A stretch of DNA of 64,000 bases. Origin: Pyrobaculum sp. (GTDB taxonomy: Archaea; Thermoproteota; Thermoprotei; Thermoproteales; Thermoproteaceae). Numbering within the stretch: position 1 is the stretch's first letter; each line of letters opens with the position of its first letter. Below, piece after piece: positions 1 through 8,007 of this stretch. A program made the position numbers and the translations under genes. The stretch covers positions 8,115 to 72,114 of the forward strand of contig DAITPC010000002.1 in assembly GCA_036833835.1 (NCBI GenBank), read 5' to 3'. The notes below the pieces were generated by a model that had not been told where the DNA came from, searched no databases, and saw only the letters and a list, made by a program, of their open reading frames with translations.

Positions 1-138
1 GACTCCGCTGAGCCCGGAGGGCCGCGTTAGATGTATACAGTACACGCCCATGGGCATCTCTGCCGGAGAACGGGCTTGGGACACGTTACATGACCGCGGT
101 TGACGTCTGTGGCTCACGCTGGGGTAGCGGTCGTGGAG

Positions 139-672
139 TTAAGCCGCGGAGGTCTCCGACGGGGGACCTCGCCGATTTAGTCTCGACGGAGCAAGTCTCC
201 TTAGGATCCAGCCGTGGAGCCTTTTGTATCTCCTCTCGACTAGGTACATGACGGCCAGCAGTGTAGGTATCATTACAGCGGTCGTAGCGGCTTCTTGATA
301 CGTGACGCCGTCGCCGTACACGTAGACAGTCAAAACGCCGTCTTCTAACTGATACGCGTCAAAGCCCGAGACGCAAACCGCCTCCTCTCTGAAGCGTACG
401 GCGAGTTTCCGCCAGTCGGCCGCCGCCATATACACGCCGCCTCTCTCCAGGGGGCGCGCCACGTAGACCAGGTATTCTCCCGTCGAAGCCAGCCTAAGCT
501 CGGCCCCTCTGCCGACCGTTACGCCGCGGCCTGAGGAGATATAGAAGTGGAACTCCACCATCCTCTTCCAGAAGTCCACCATCACGATATTCACAGCTTC
601 GGCCTGACCGCAGAACTCGCCTGCCAGGGCCAGGTTAGCCGCCAGTAGTATCAGCACGACTTCAGTCATCAT
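139..672 (-). CDS. hypothetical membrane-anchored protein (signal-like N-terminus plus C-terminal TM)
   Basis: 177-aa ORF. It has a hydrophobic N-terminus (MMTEVVLILLAANLALAG) and a C-terminal TM (AVMIPTLLAVMYLV) followed by a basic tail. Its start overlaps the stop of the upstream ORF (662-672). No family recognised. Confidence 0.5.
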   Translation of the reverse strand: MMTEVVLILLAANLALAGEFCGQAEAVNIVMVDFWKRMVEFHFYISSGRGVTVGRGAELRLASTGEYLVYVARPLERGGVYMAAADWRKLAVRFREEAVCVSGFDAYQLEDGVLTVYVYGDGVTYQEAATTAVMIPTLLAVMYLVERRYKRLHGWILRRLAPSRLNRRGPPSETSAA

Positions 673-2004
673 AGGGCCGTATAGTCGCTAACTTAAAAAG
701 AAAATACATAAACAAACAGAACGAGGCGACTAGGTAAATGAAAGCTGTGTCCACGTCCACTAGGTATGCTGTCCTGCCCGGCTCCACATACACCACGTAG
801 CTTTGTTTAACCTCCTTCGGCAGTATAGATTCCCACTTAAGCATACCGCCACGGATGAGTATCTGTTTCGTTAAGTCGCCAGACGACACGACGTCGAACG
901 TGTGCCAGCCGGGCATCAGACCTCTTACGAATATGCAACAACAGTCGCTCGCAGCAACGCCGCTTATGCTAAGCCAGATCCGCTCGGCGAGGGTTGGCAA
1001 ATAGCAAAAGAGGGCGTTGCCCGGCGAATAGTCTCCAAGTCTAATTACGTCTATGCCTATTTCGGTGGCGTATCCAGGTAGCTCTAGGGAGCGGCTAAGC
1101 CTTATTAGGTAGAGCACGTCGTCTCTTATCGCCGCGTCTAAGAAGTGCCCCACGGCGACCTCAGCCCCGAGGTCGAGCTCCGGGGTGAGTCTTGCCAGCG
1201 CGTCGTAGGCCACATATATATATAGCGCCCGTCTGTATCGAGGTAATATATTCTGCCGGGAAACGCCCGCGAAACGTTTTTGTCCAACCAAGTCAACGTA
1301 GACCCCGAGGCGAGGTAGAGACGGCCGCCGAGCGACAAGAGTTGGGGGTAGCCGCCGGAGCACGTCACTCCTCCGAGATCGGCGTGACATGTCGGGGCGT
1401 AATCTAACGGCAAGGTTTTATTCGACGTACGTTCCACGTCGAATATCACAAGGCCGTCGGGACACACGCCGTAGGCGACCACCCCGTCGCCTCTGGCGAA
1501 TCGCCACTCCGGACACCGCCCTTTAGGAAGCTTGTAAATATCTAGGAGACGCAGAGTGTTGGCGTCTCTCACCTCTACGAATAACTCGTCTCCCCCGGAT
1601 GCTATATACAATCTATCTCCACGGAGCACCATGTGGGGGCTCCCCGCGAATGGGGACCTGTTGAAGACCACCCCCTTAAGCTCAGCTGCACCAAGCTGGC
1701 GGAGGTCTCTGTCGAAGAGGTAGATATCTCTGTGAGCCAGGACGTACAGCCTTCCTTCGGTTGCTAAACATTCAACGCCGGGGCCGTAGACCCATACGCG
1801 GCCAAGCAGAGTGCCGTTGAGAGACCAGGCGTAGACTATCGAGTTGTCCGAGCCTTTCGTCACTATATACGCCACGTCTCCGTCGATACACGCCGCGCCG
1901 TAGAAGCCGGGCACCACGACATATGTGCTCCTCTCTACTAAACCCACGCCAGACACAAAGACGACCAGAAGAGCCGCCGCTACTAAGACGTAAAGAGGCG
2001 TCAT
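662..2004 (-). pseudogene. secreted beta-propeller-like surface protein with C-terminal TM anchor, split by a frameshift at an (AT)n tract
   Basis: ORF 1138..2004 has a signal-like start (MTPLYVLVAAALLVVFVSG). ORF 662..1390 ends in a TM (FIYLVASFCLFMYFLF). The two are in different frames and overlap across the tract atatatatata at 1214-1224. A 2-nt slip there would join ...LDTDGRYIY to VAYDALARL... into one protein of about 445 aa. Confidence 0.5.
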
Positions 2005-2314
2005 ATGGAATCAAGGAGCAGAACCTTTTTCTGTGTATCTGTTTTAAAATCGTCTGCTCTTGCTGGGCCCCGCCTCCTCGACTTTTCTAGGCTAGAGGTG
2101 CCATCGCAGAGAGCCAAGCCTACCTCCACCAGCGTCTTTGTTTCTAAGCCGTTCCCCGGCTTATTCCCGGAGTCGCGGCGACGTCTGACCAGCGCCGGCC
2201 GCACGGCGTATCTGAGGCAAGATCCGCGTCAAGAGCTGGCTTCAGTGTTGGAGCGAATAGGCTGTGGGGAGTTTGGTGTCTGTGCGGTTGTCGCTACACA
2301 TCTCGGGGGCTTCT

Positions 2315-2740
2315 CTACTTCTTGTGGGTTAGGTTGAAGGGCTTGCCCTGTGTCAATATCTTGTCGGCGATGTCTGGGGCTGTCTTTTTAAGGTCTTGGG
2401 CTATAGACTCGAGGAATGACAGCTCCTCCTTCTCGTTTCTGAGCTCGTCGGGGAGCATGCGGGGTATCTCCTCGATTAAGGGATACCACCGGCCGCAGTT
2501 GGGGCAGTAGATGACCCCGGTCTCTATCTCCCATTTGTGGCACTCCTCGCAGGGGAGGGCGTCGGGCTTGGGGTGCTCCTTTATCCTGAGGTCGCGGTAG
2601 GAGCAGTACTCCTCGCAGAAGGGCTTCCTGGGCCAGGTGTACTGCCTCTCGGGGTGCTCAGTGCGTTTAAGAATTACGAGGCGGAGGGGGAAGGTCTTGT
2701 CGTATGGGCAGGCCAAGACGTCCATCAATCTATACTTCAT
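2315..2740 (-). CDS. Trm112-like zinc-ribbon protein with a Cys-rich insert
   Basis: 141 aa counted from the internal ATG at 2740 of ORF 2315..3064. The N-terminus MKYRLMDVLACP and the C-terminal VIYCPNCGRWYPLIEEIPRMLPDE match the Trm112p-type split zinc ribbon. The upstream part of the long ORF is low-complexity R/G-rich and is probably not coding. Confidence 0.6.
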   Translation of the reverse strand: MKYRLMDVLACPYDKTFPLRLVILKRTEHPERQYTWPRKPFCEEYCSYRDLRIKEHPKPDALPCEECHKWEIETGVIYCPNCGRWYPLIEEIPRMLPDELRNEKEELSFLESIAQDLKKTAPDIADKILTQGKPFNLTHKK

Positions 2741-2805
2741 AAAGCACTTAATCTCCCCAGTTAATAAATTTGGACCGCGCCAACCGCCTGGCCTCCAGCC
2801 TCTGT

Positions 2806-3147
2806 CTAAGTCACTTTCTGCGCGGCGCGCCTGGCAAAGGCGTACGCGGCGGCCGCCGTCGGGGCCAGGGGCAGTAGCGGCCAGTGTATTAGGGAGTAGT
2901 AGACGTATGCGCTTGGGTTGGGGATGAGCCAGAAATACAGCGACACCAAGCCGGCCCCCACCAGCTCGTTCATCCTCTTTCTGCCGTCCCAGAGAAGCGC
3001 GGCGGTGGCGTGAATCTTCGCGGCGACGGGAACGGCAAGCGGTATGGCGGTTGCTCTGCGCCAATGGAGAGAAGGAGAGATAGGAAGAGAAAGGCTAGGA
3101 CGACCGCCAGCGCGTGTAGTGCCGCCAGTGACGAGAAGCCCACTCAC
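2806..3147 (-). CDS. putative small membrane protein
   Basis: 113-aa ORF between the TGT-like and Trm112-like genes on the same strand. It has hydrophobic stretches (AIPLAVPVAA, LVSLYFWLIPNP). The start is uncertain (internal ATG at 2971). No family recognised. Confidence 0.3.
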   Translation of the reverse strand: MSGLLVTGGTTRAGGRPSLSLPISPSLHWRRATAIPLAVPVAAKIHATAALLWDGRKRMNELVGAGLVSLYFWLIPNPSAYVYYSLIHWPLLPLAPTAAAAYAFARRAAQKVT

Positions 3148-3163
3148 TACCGGGGGTCTCTAT

Positions 3164-4087
3164 TTAAATCTTCGCGGCGTTTTGTGCCACGAGGGCGTAG
3201 AGCCTCCTGAAGGTTGGGGGGCGGGGCGTGTGGTGTGTGGAATGTATGACTACGAAGGCGTTGACGAGGGCTCGGTATTCAAAGCTTGTCCTTATCCTCT
3301 CGAAGAAGCCGTCTAGGGCGGGGAAGCCGTGTGTCTTGAGGAACAGGTAGAGCTCCTCAAGCTCGCCATCTCTGGGCTTTGCCCTTCCGAAATTCACATT
3401 CCGGTCTGTGACGTGTCGCTCGCCTCCGCCAGGCAGGAGCACCTTGCCGTAAGCCGCCTTGAGCCGCCAGGTGGCGCTGTCTGTGCTGTCTACGCCTATG
3501 GCCTTAAGCACCGGCGTCACTGCTGGGCTCCCCATGCCCAACACGTGGAGGGGGCCTTTAAACTCCTCTCTAGCCCTCTGTATTAGGCGTATGGCGAGCT
3601 CTCTGGAGCCGCGGGGGGCGCCTCTAGTTATGAGGATGTAGGGCACGGCGGCGCCTATGGCTAAGGCAGGTGCGTCGCGGTATAGGGCTAGGTACTTCTC
3701 GAAAAGGATGGGGTCGCGGTAGACGTGTAGGACCGGCACCACCACATCTCCCACGACTTTTCTAAGTCTTAGCCAGTTTCGGTAGGACTTCTCGAACTTC
3801 TTCTCCGCCTCCTCAGGCGGGTCGTCTGGCGAAGGGGGTACGTCTAGGGAGAAGTAGAGCTGGGCGTCCACCCTTTTGTACATCTCGGCTATTTTGTCCA
3901 CGTCTACGGGGAGGCCCCTCTTCAGTATCTGGTAACCGCCTGAGTCCAGCCAAATCTCCCCCTCATACGCCAGCGCTGTTCTCGGGTCGCGTTTAACCTC
4001 CAACACGTTCACCACGACTGCCGTCACGGGGAAGTAGAGCCAGGGCTTGGGCACTGCGTTGATGGGGCTGCCGAGCACCACTCGCAC
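3164..4087 (-). CDS. tRNA-guanine transglycosylase (TGT)-fold protein without zinc site or PUA domain
   Basis: 307 aa with a GTG start. Three TGT-like motifs are present: WLDSGGYQ (TGT DSGG[FY]Q), LHVLGMGSP (G.G.P strand) and GVDSTDSATW (aligns with the FDCV.PTR nucleophile-Asp region). The protein contains no cysteine, so the CxCxxC..H Zn site is absent. Confidence 0.6.
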   Translation of the reverse strand: MRVVLGSPINAVPKPWLYFPVTAVVVNVLEVKRDPRTALAYEGEIWLDSGGYQILKRGLPVDVDKIAEMYKRVDAQLYFSLDVPPSPDDPPEEAEKKFEKSYRNWLRLRKVVGDVVVPVLHVYRDPILFEKYLALYRDAPALAIGAAVPYILITRGAPRGSRELAIRLIQRAREEFKGPLHVLGMGSPAVTPVLKAIGVDSTDSATWRLKAAYGKVLLPGGGERHVTDRNVNFGRAKPRDGELEELYLFLKTHGFPALDGFFERIRTSFEYRALVNAFVVIHSTHHTPRPPTFRRLYALVAQNAAKI

Positions 4088-4175
4088 CTTATTTTATCCA
4101 CTGGTTTTATATAACAGGTCCCTGGACCTGGCTAAAACTTTTGGTCTACCCACCTGAGGTAATACCGCAGTATTA

Positions 4176-4225
4176 TCAGGTAGGGCTAAGTGCTTTCACC
4201 CCTCAACTCCTGCCGAAGTCATCAC
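4176..4225 (-). ncRNA. candidate C/D box sRNA
   Basis: The minus strand reads GTGATGA(C)-cttcggcaggag(12)-TTGA(D')-ggg-GTGAAAG(C')-c+acttagccctac-CTGA(D). Box spacing is canonical for archaeal C/D sRNAs. The locus is intergenic, 89 nt upstream of the TGT-like start on the same strand. Confidence 0.4.
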
Positions 4226-4285
4226 CGATTTTATCCACTCCCGGACATAAATTACTTTCGGCAACCTCCCGCGGGCTGTACACTT

Positions 4286-4744
4286 ATGCGGAACAGATTT
4301 GTTGAGACACGTCTCTGGCCCGTGTTTGTTGAGCTGGGCGACGTGGTGAAGGCGTTGCGGGTGCTGGAGGGGCGTGGCGGCTCGGCCCCGCTTGAGCTCT
4401 TCCTGCGGCTGTGGGGGCTCTACGCATATGCAGTTTTAAACAGAGCAGCAGACTGGGATCTGGTGTATAGGAGGGGCGACGTGTACAAGCTCGGCAGGCG
4501 GGGCAGGGAGTTGCTGAAGCTTCTCGGGGAGAGGTGCCCGGTGGAGGCGAGGGTGGCGAGGGGGAGGCTGTGGCTTAAGACGCCTGTCGGTCTATACGCC
4601 GTGGAGCCGACGCCCAGCCACCTGCTCTCTACGGCCTACAAGCTGGCCGAGGCGTGCGGCGAGGAGCCTAGGAGGATATATGCGGAGATCTGCCGGGCGT
4701 TGGCGAGGGCCGCGTCGCGGAGCCTCGACAAATGGCTTCTCTGA
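4286..4744 (+). CDS. hypothetical protein
   Basis: ORF 4190..4744. I prefer the ATG at 4286 because a TATA-like cataaatta lies about 25 nt upstream. The sequence is R/L-rich and helical-looking. No family recognised. Confidence 0.5.
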   Translation: MRNRFVETRLWPVFVELGDVVKALRVLEGRGGSAPLELFLRLWGLYAYAVLNRAADWDLVYRRGDVYKLGRRGRELLKLLGERCPVEARVARGRLWLKTPVGLYAVEPTPSHLLSTAYKLAEACGEEPRRIYAEICRALARAASRSLDKWLL

Positions 4745-4788
4745 CGTGTCGAGACGTTGTATTTTTAAGTAAGGTTTGGCAAGGTGCC

Positions 4789-5277
4789 GTGTTGCTGGTC
4801 ATAGTTAAGTCCGACGACGTGGAGGTGGTGAAGAGAGTGGGGAGGCAGTTAGACGCCTTGGAGCTTCTGCCGGGGGTGTTTCTCAGCTGGTCTCCTAGGG
4901 AGAAGGCGGAGAGGGCTGTGGATGCGGTTAAGCGGGGGGTTGTGAGGAGGTGGGAGGAGGCCGGCGAGGGGCCAGCGCTGGAGGTGGCGGTGCTGGAGCT
5001 CACGGAGGAGCAGTTCAAGGCGGTCAGGCCTCTGGCCAGGGCTGTCATAGAGCGCGTCGGGTCGGCGCTTTTGGAGGAAATGGGGAGGCTTCTTGAGAAG
5101 ATGAGGTCTGGAAAGACGACGCGCGACTTGACGGGCTGGTACAGAGACCTTGCCAGGCGGTACGAACGGCTGGTCAACGCCTCGATTGCGCTAGACGTGG
5201 AGCCCACCATCATGGGGAAGCTGAGGGAGAGGTGGAAGGAGGTGACCCTGGAGGCGGGGCGGGCCCTCCGCAGATAG
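4789..5277 (+). CDS. hypothetical protein
   Basis: ORF 4732..5277. An in-frame GTG at 4789 lies about 25 nt downstream of atttttaag. No family recognised. Confidence 0.45.
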   Translation: MLLVIVKSDDVEVVKRVGRQLDALELLPGVFLSWSPREKAERAVDAVKRGVVRRWEEAGEGPALEVAVLELTEEQFKAVRPLARAVIERVGSALLEEMGRLLEKMRSGKTTRDLTGWYRDLARRYERLVNASIALDVEPTIMGKLRERWKEVTLEAGRALRR

Positions 5278-5304
5278 GTTATAATTATCTGTCGTTCTGT
5301 GTCC

Positions 5305-5655
5305 ATGCCCATCCTCCTGAGGGCTAAGGCCCACGGCCTTGTGGTCACGGGGAAGGATCTGCACTACGAGGGTTCACTAACGCTTGGTCGCGACATAATC
5401 GATGCCGTCGGCTTCTACCCGCTGGAACACGTGGAGGTTTACAACGTGACTAACGGGGCCCGCTTCGCGACGTACATAATCCCGGGGAGAGACGGCGAGG
5501 TGGTGTTAAACGGCGCCGCAGCCAGGATGGGGGAGGTGGGCGACGTCATAATAGTGGCGGCCTACGAATGCGTGGCTGACCCCAAAAGCCATACGGCGCG
5601 TGTTGTTGTCTTCAGCAACAACAAGGTCAAGGAGGTGAGGCAACTAAACATCTAA
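5305..5655 (+). CDS. panD: aspartate 1-decarboxylase (pyruvoyl-dependent)
   Basis: The translation aligns end to end with bacterial PanD. It includes the self-cleavage context DLHYEGSLTL (Gly-Ser), plus NVTNGARFATY and VNGAAARMGEVGDVIIV. The ATG at 5305 lies 25 nt after gttataatta. Confidence 0.9.
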   Translation: MPILLRAKAHGLVVTGKDLHYEGSLTLGRDIIDAVGFYPLEHVEVYNVTNGARFATYIIPGRDGEVVLNGAAARMGEVGDVIIVAAYECVADPKSHTARVVVFSNNKVKEVRQLNI

Positions 5656-5675
5656 ATACGCTTTTCGTGTTTTAC

Positions 5676-6848
5676 ATGGAGGCCAGGCTTTCGGTAGCCT
5701 CATCTCCACACGTGGCTGAGGATATAAGGAGACATTACTACGACGTATATAGGGACGTGCTTAGAGAGCTGGGGATAACCGTCGTTGAATCGTCTGACGT
5801 TGCTATTATAGTCGTGTTGACAGGCGGCGCCGAGCCTGAAATTTTGTCGCACGCAACGCGCTATAACATCCTTTTGGCGTGGCCCCACTACAACTCCCTC
5901 CCCTCGGCTCTGGAGGCCGCCGCGGCGCTACAGGAGAGGGGGTCGTTCGTAAAAGTTTTACAACTCCCAGCGCCGTTGTCTCCACCTGGCGAACAGCTCC
6001 TGAGGGCGCTCCGCCTCGTGTCGTTGTTGAAGTCGGGTGTGCTCAAGTTCGGCGTGGTGGGGAAGCCTAACCGGTGGCTAGTGGCCAGCGGCTTGGCTGG
6101 GATTGCGGTTGAGGAGACGTCTCTTGAGGAGAGCCTCTACGGCCTTAATACAGAGGGGGCGTTGGAAGAGGCTAGGCGTATTGTGGAGGAGGCTGAGGAG
6201 GCCGAGTTCCCCCCGGCTGACCTGGCCCCCATCGTGGCGTACTCCCGCCGGCTGGAGGAGCTGGCTAGAAGCCGCGGCTGGTCGGGGCTTACGCTGGGCT
6301 GTTGGTGTTTTGACGTCGAGATGGTTAAGAGGGTTAGGTGGACTCCCTGCATCTCGCTGACGCTTTTAAACCAGCGGGGCATCCCCGCCGCATGTGAAGG
6401 CGACTTAAGGGCCTTATTCTCCATGTACGTCCTCTCTGCGCTATCCGGCAAGCCTGCGTGGCTAAGCAACGTAAACGTGGCTAAAGGCGACGTGTTGATC
6501 CTTACTCACGACGGGGTGCCGCCGGCGATGACAAGGAGATACTCAGTGGTGAAGAGGCTGTTAACCGGGGCGCCTGCCGCCATAAGGACGAGGATCCCGC
6601 CGGGGAGCCCCGCCACCCTACTCCGCGTGTCAGGCGACTTGAAAAGGGCTCTCCTCCTGAAGGCGGTCACGGTGGAGCCAGAGGAGGTGGAGGCGTGCAA
6701 CGCCCAGGCAGGATTTAGGCTGTTAAACGCCACGGCGGCCGATGTGTTTTCAGCCGGCTTGGGCAACCACCTGGCCTACGTTCTTGACGACGTCTACGAA
6801 GAGACCAAGGAGTATTTACGCAACCGCGGCGTTGAGGTGTTACCCTAG
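5676..6848 (+). CDS. L-fucose/L-arabinose isomerase-like family protein
   Basis: About 390 aa. The CWCFD...IPAACEGDLRALFSMYVL segment resembles the catalytic-domain core of FucI/AraA-like sugar isomerases. Assignment is by motif only. Confidence 0.5.
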   Translation: MEARLSVASSPHVAEDIRRHYYDVYRDVLRELGITVVESSDVAIIVVLTGGAEPEILSHATRYNILLAWPHYNSLPSALEAAAALQERGSFVKVLQLPAPLSPPGEQLLRALRLVSLLKSGVLKFGVVGKPNRWLVASGLAGIAVEETSLEESLYGLNTEGALEEARRIVEEAEEAEFPPADLAPIVAYSRRLEELARSRGWSGLTLGCWCFDVEMVKRVRWTPCISLTLLNQRGIPAACEGDLRALFSMYVLSALSGKPAWLSNVNVAKGDVLILTHDGVPPAMTRRYSVVKRLLTGAPAAIRTRIPPGSPATLLRVSGDLKRALLLKAVTVEPEEVEACNAQAGFRLLNATAADVFSAGLGNHLAYVLDDVYEETKEYLRNRGVEVLP

Positions 6849-7880
6849 GCGAAATACGGCCCTGGCCATCTCCACGAGGTCTTCGGGGCCGTAGGTCTCG
6901 TCTGCCACCTCCGGCGGCCTCTCGGCGAGGCTTATCAAGCCGACTCTGGGAATTCCCAGGGCCCGTATCCTGTCTGCCGCCCGCCTAGCCTCAGACCGTG
7001 AGAAGGGGCCTATCTTTACCTCGTAGCCGATCGCCCCGCTCTTCGTGACCACTACGAAGTCTACCTCGCCCTGCGGGGCGTATTGTAGAACTCCGCCTTT
7101 TGCCTCAGCCAGGAGCTCGCCTATGTTAAACTGCATCTCTATGTCCCACGGCAGATCTCTGGCGTTGCGCCCCTCAGACACGTGGTATTTAGCCTCGGCA
7201 TAAAGCGCCAGCCTCAGCGGCGTTGACGCTATGCGGTGGTAGTATCTCTTAGAGCGGAAGATGGGCACTCTGTCCGCAAGTCCCATATCGCTTCTAAAGG
7301 CTTTGAGAGGTCCCAGATAGCCCAGGAGCTGAACGGCGAGCTTTAAGGTAGACGTGAGAAGGCCCCTTTCGGTAATAAGCCCCACGTCCCGCGCCTTGGG
7401 CTCCACATAGGACCTCAAGTGTTTAGGCACCTTCACCACAGCCACATCTCTAACCTCCTCGACCACCTCATAGAACAACTCAGGCGGCATGTCCTTGTCT
7501 ATCTCCAGTATCGCCACGTCAAAAACCCGTATCTTCCTCCCATCCTTCTTAGCCAGCTCCAGCAGTGCCTTGTCTATCTTAAGGAACATCCTGTCGCTGA
7601 AGGTCAGCTCCTCTGCCTCGGACCTGGGTTGCGGCTGCCCCGCGCCTTCCACCATCGCCATAACCTCAAGGGCCTTCCTCCCCAGCTCCGTCAGGCGGTA
7701 GAACCCGCTGTCCCCCTTCTCCACAAGCTCCGCCAGCTTCTTCAGATGGAAGGCTAGGGTGGGGCTGTCCACGCCGAGCTCCTCCATCAATTCGCTATAC
7801 ATCCTAGGCCTCTCCCCGAGGAGCCTGAGCGCCCTACGCCTCAGCGGGTGCGACAACGCCTCAAAGATTTTGTTGTCCAT
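6840..7880 (-). CDS. ArsR-type winged-helix protein with C-terminal DUF234-like (nuclease-fold) module
   Basis: The N-terminus IFEALSHPLRRRALRLLGERPRMYSELMEELGVDSPTLAFHLKKL is a classic ArsR wHTH. The C-terminus EVDFVVVTKSGAIGYEVKIG... resembles the D..E.K core found at the end of archaeal ATPases. The ATG at 7880 lies about 24 nt after a TATA-like gtttatttcc. Confidence 0.6.
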   Translation of the reverse strand: MDNKIFEALSHPLRRRALRLLGERPRMYSELMEELGVDSPTLAFHLKKLAELVEKGDSGFYRLTELGRKALEVMAMVEGAGQPQPRSEAEELTFSDRMFLKIDKALLELAKKDGRKIRVFDVAILEIDKDMPPELFYEVVEEVRDVAVVKVPKHLRSYVEPKARDVGLITERGLLTSTLKLAVQLLGYLGPLKAFRSDMGLADRVPIFRSKRYYHRIASTPLRLALYAEAKYHVSEGRNARDLPWDIEMQFNIGELLAEAKGGVLQYAPQGEVDFVVVTKSGAIGYEVKIGPFSRSEARRAADRIRALGIPRVGLISLAERPPEVADETYGPEDLVEMARAVFRLG

Positions 7881-7980
7881 GAGAAGGAAAAGGTGCATGG
7901 AAATAAACAGATCTGTCAAGCCTCCGCAACAGACGGCGGGGAGCCCCGGCGGCTGTCTGTAAATTCAGCTCTACACGACA

Positions 7981-7989
7981 TTTATAAAA
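7981..7989 (+). promoter_or_regulatory. TATA-like box for the amidohydrolase gene (leaderless layout)
   Basis: tttataaaa lies 27 nt upstream of the GTG start at 8008. Confidence 0.4.
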
Positions 7990-8007
7990 AGACGCCGGTT
8001 AACGCTA

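Noticed and set aside
2005-2314. A 310-nt gap without a credible ORF between the surface-protein gene and the Trm112-like gene. It was examined for an RNA gene.
   Set aside because: It contains only a TATA-like gttttaaaat (which serves the 2004 start) and a short tctag-g-ctaga palindrome. No box motifs or extended helices were recognised by eye. ORFs 2005..2337 and 2001..2204 look like shadow frames.
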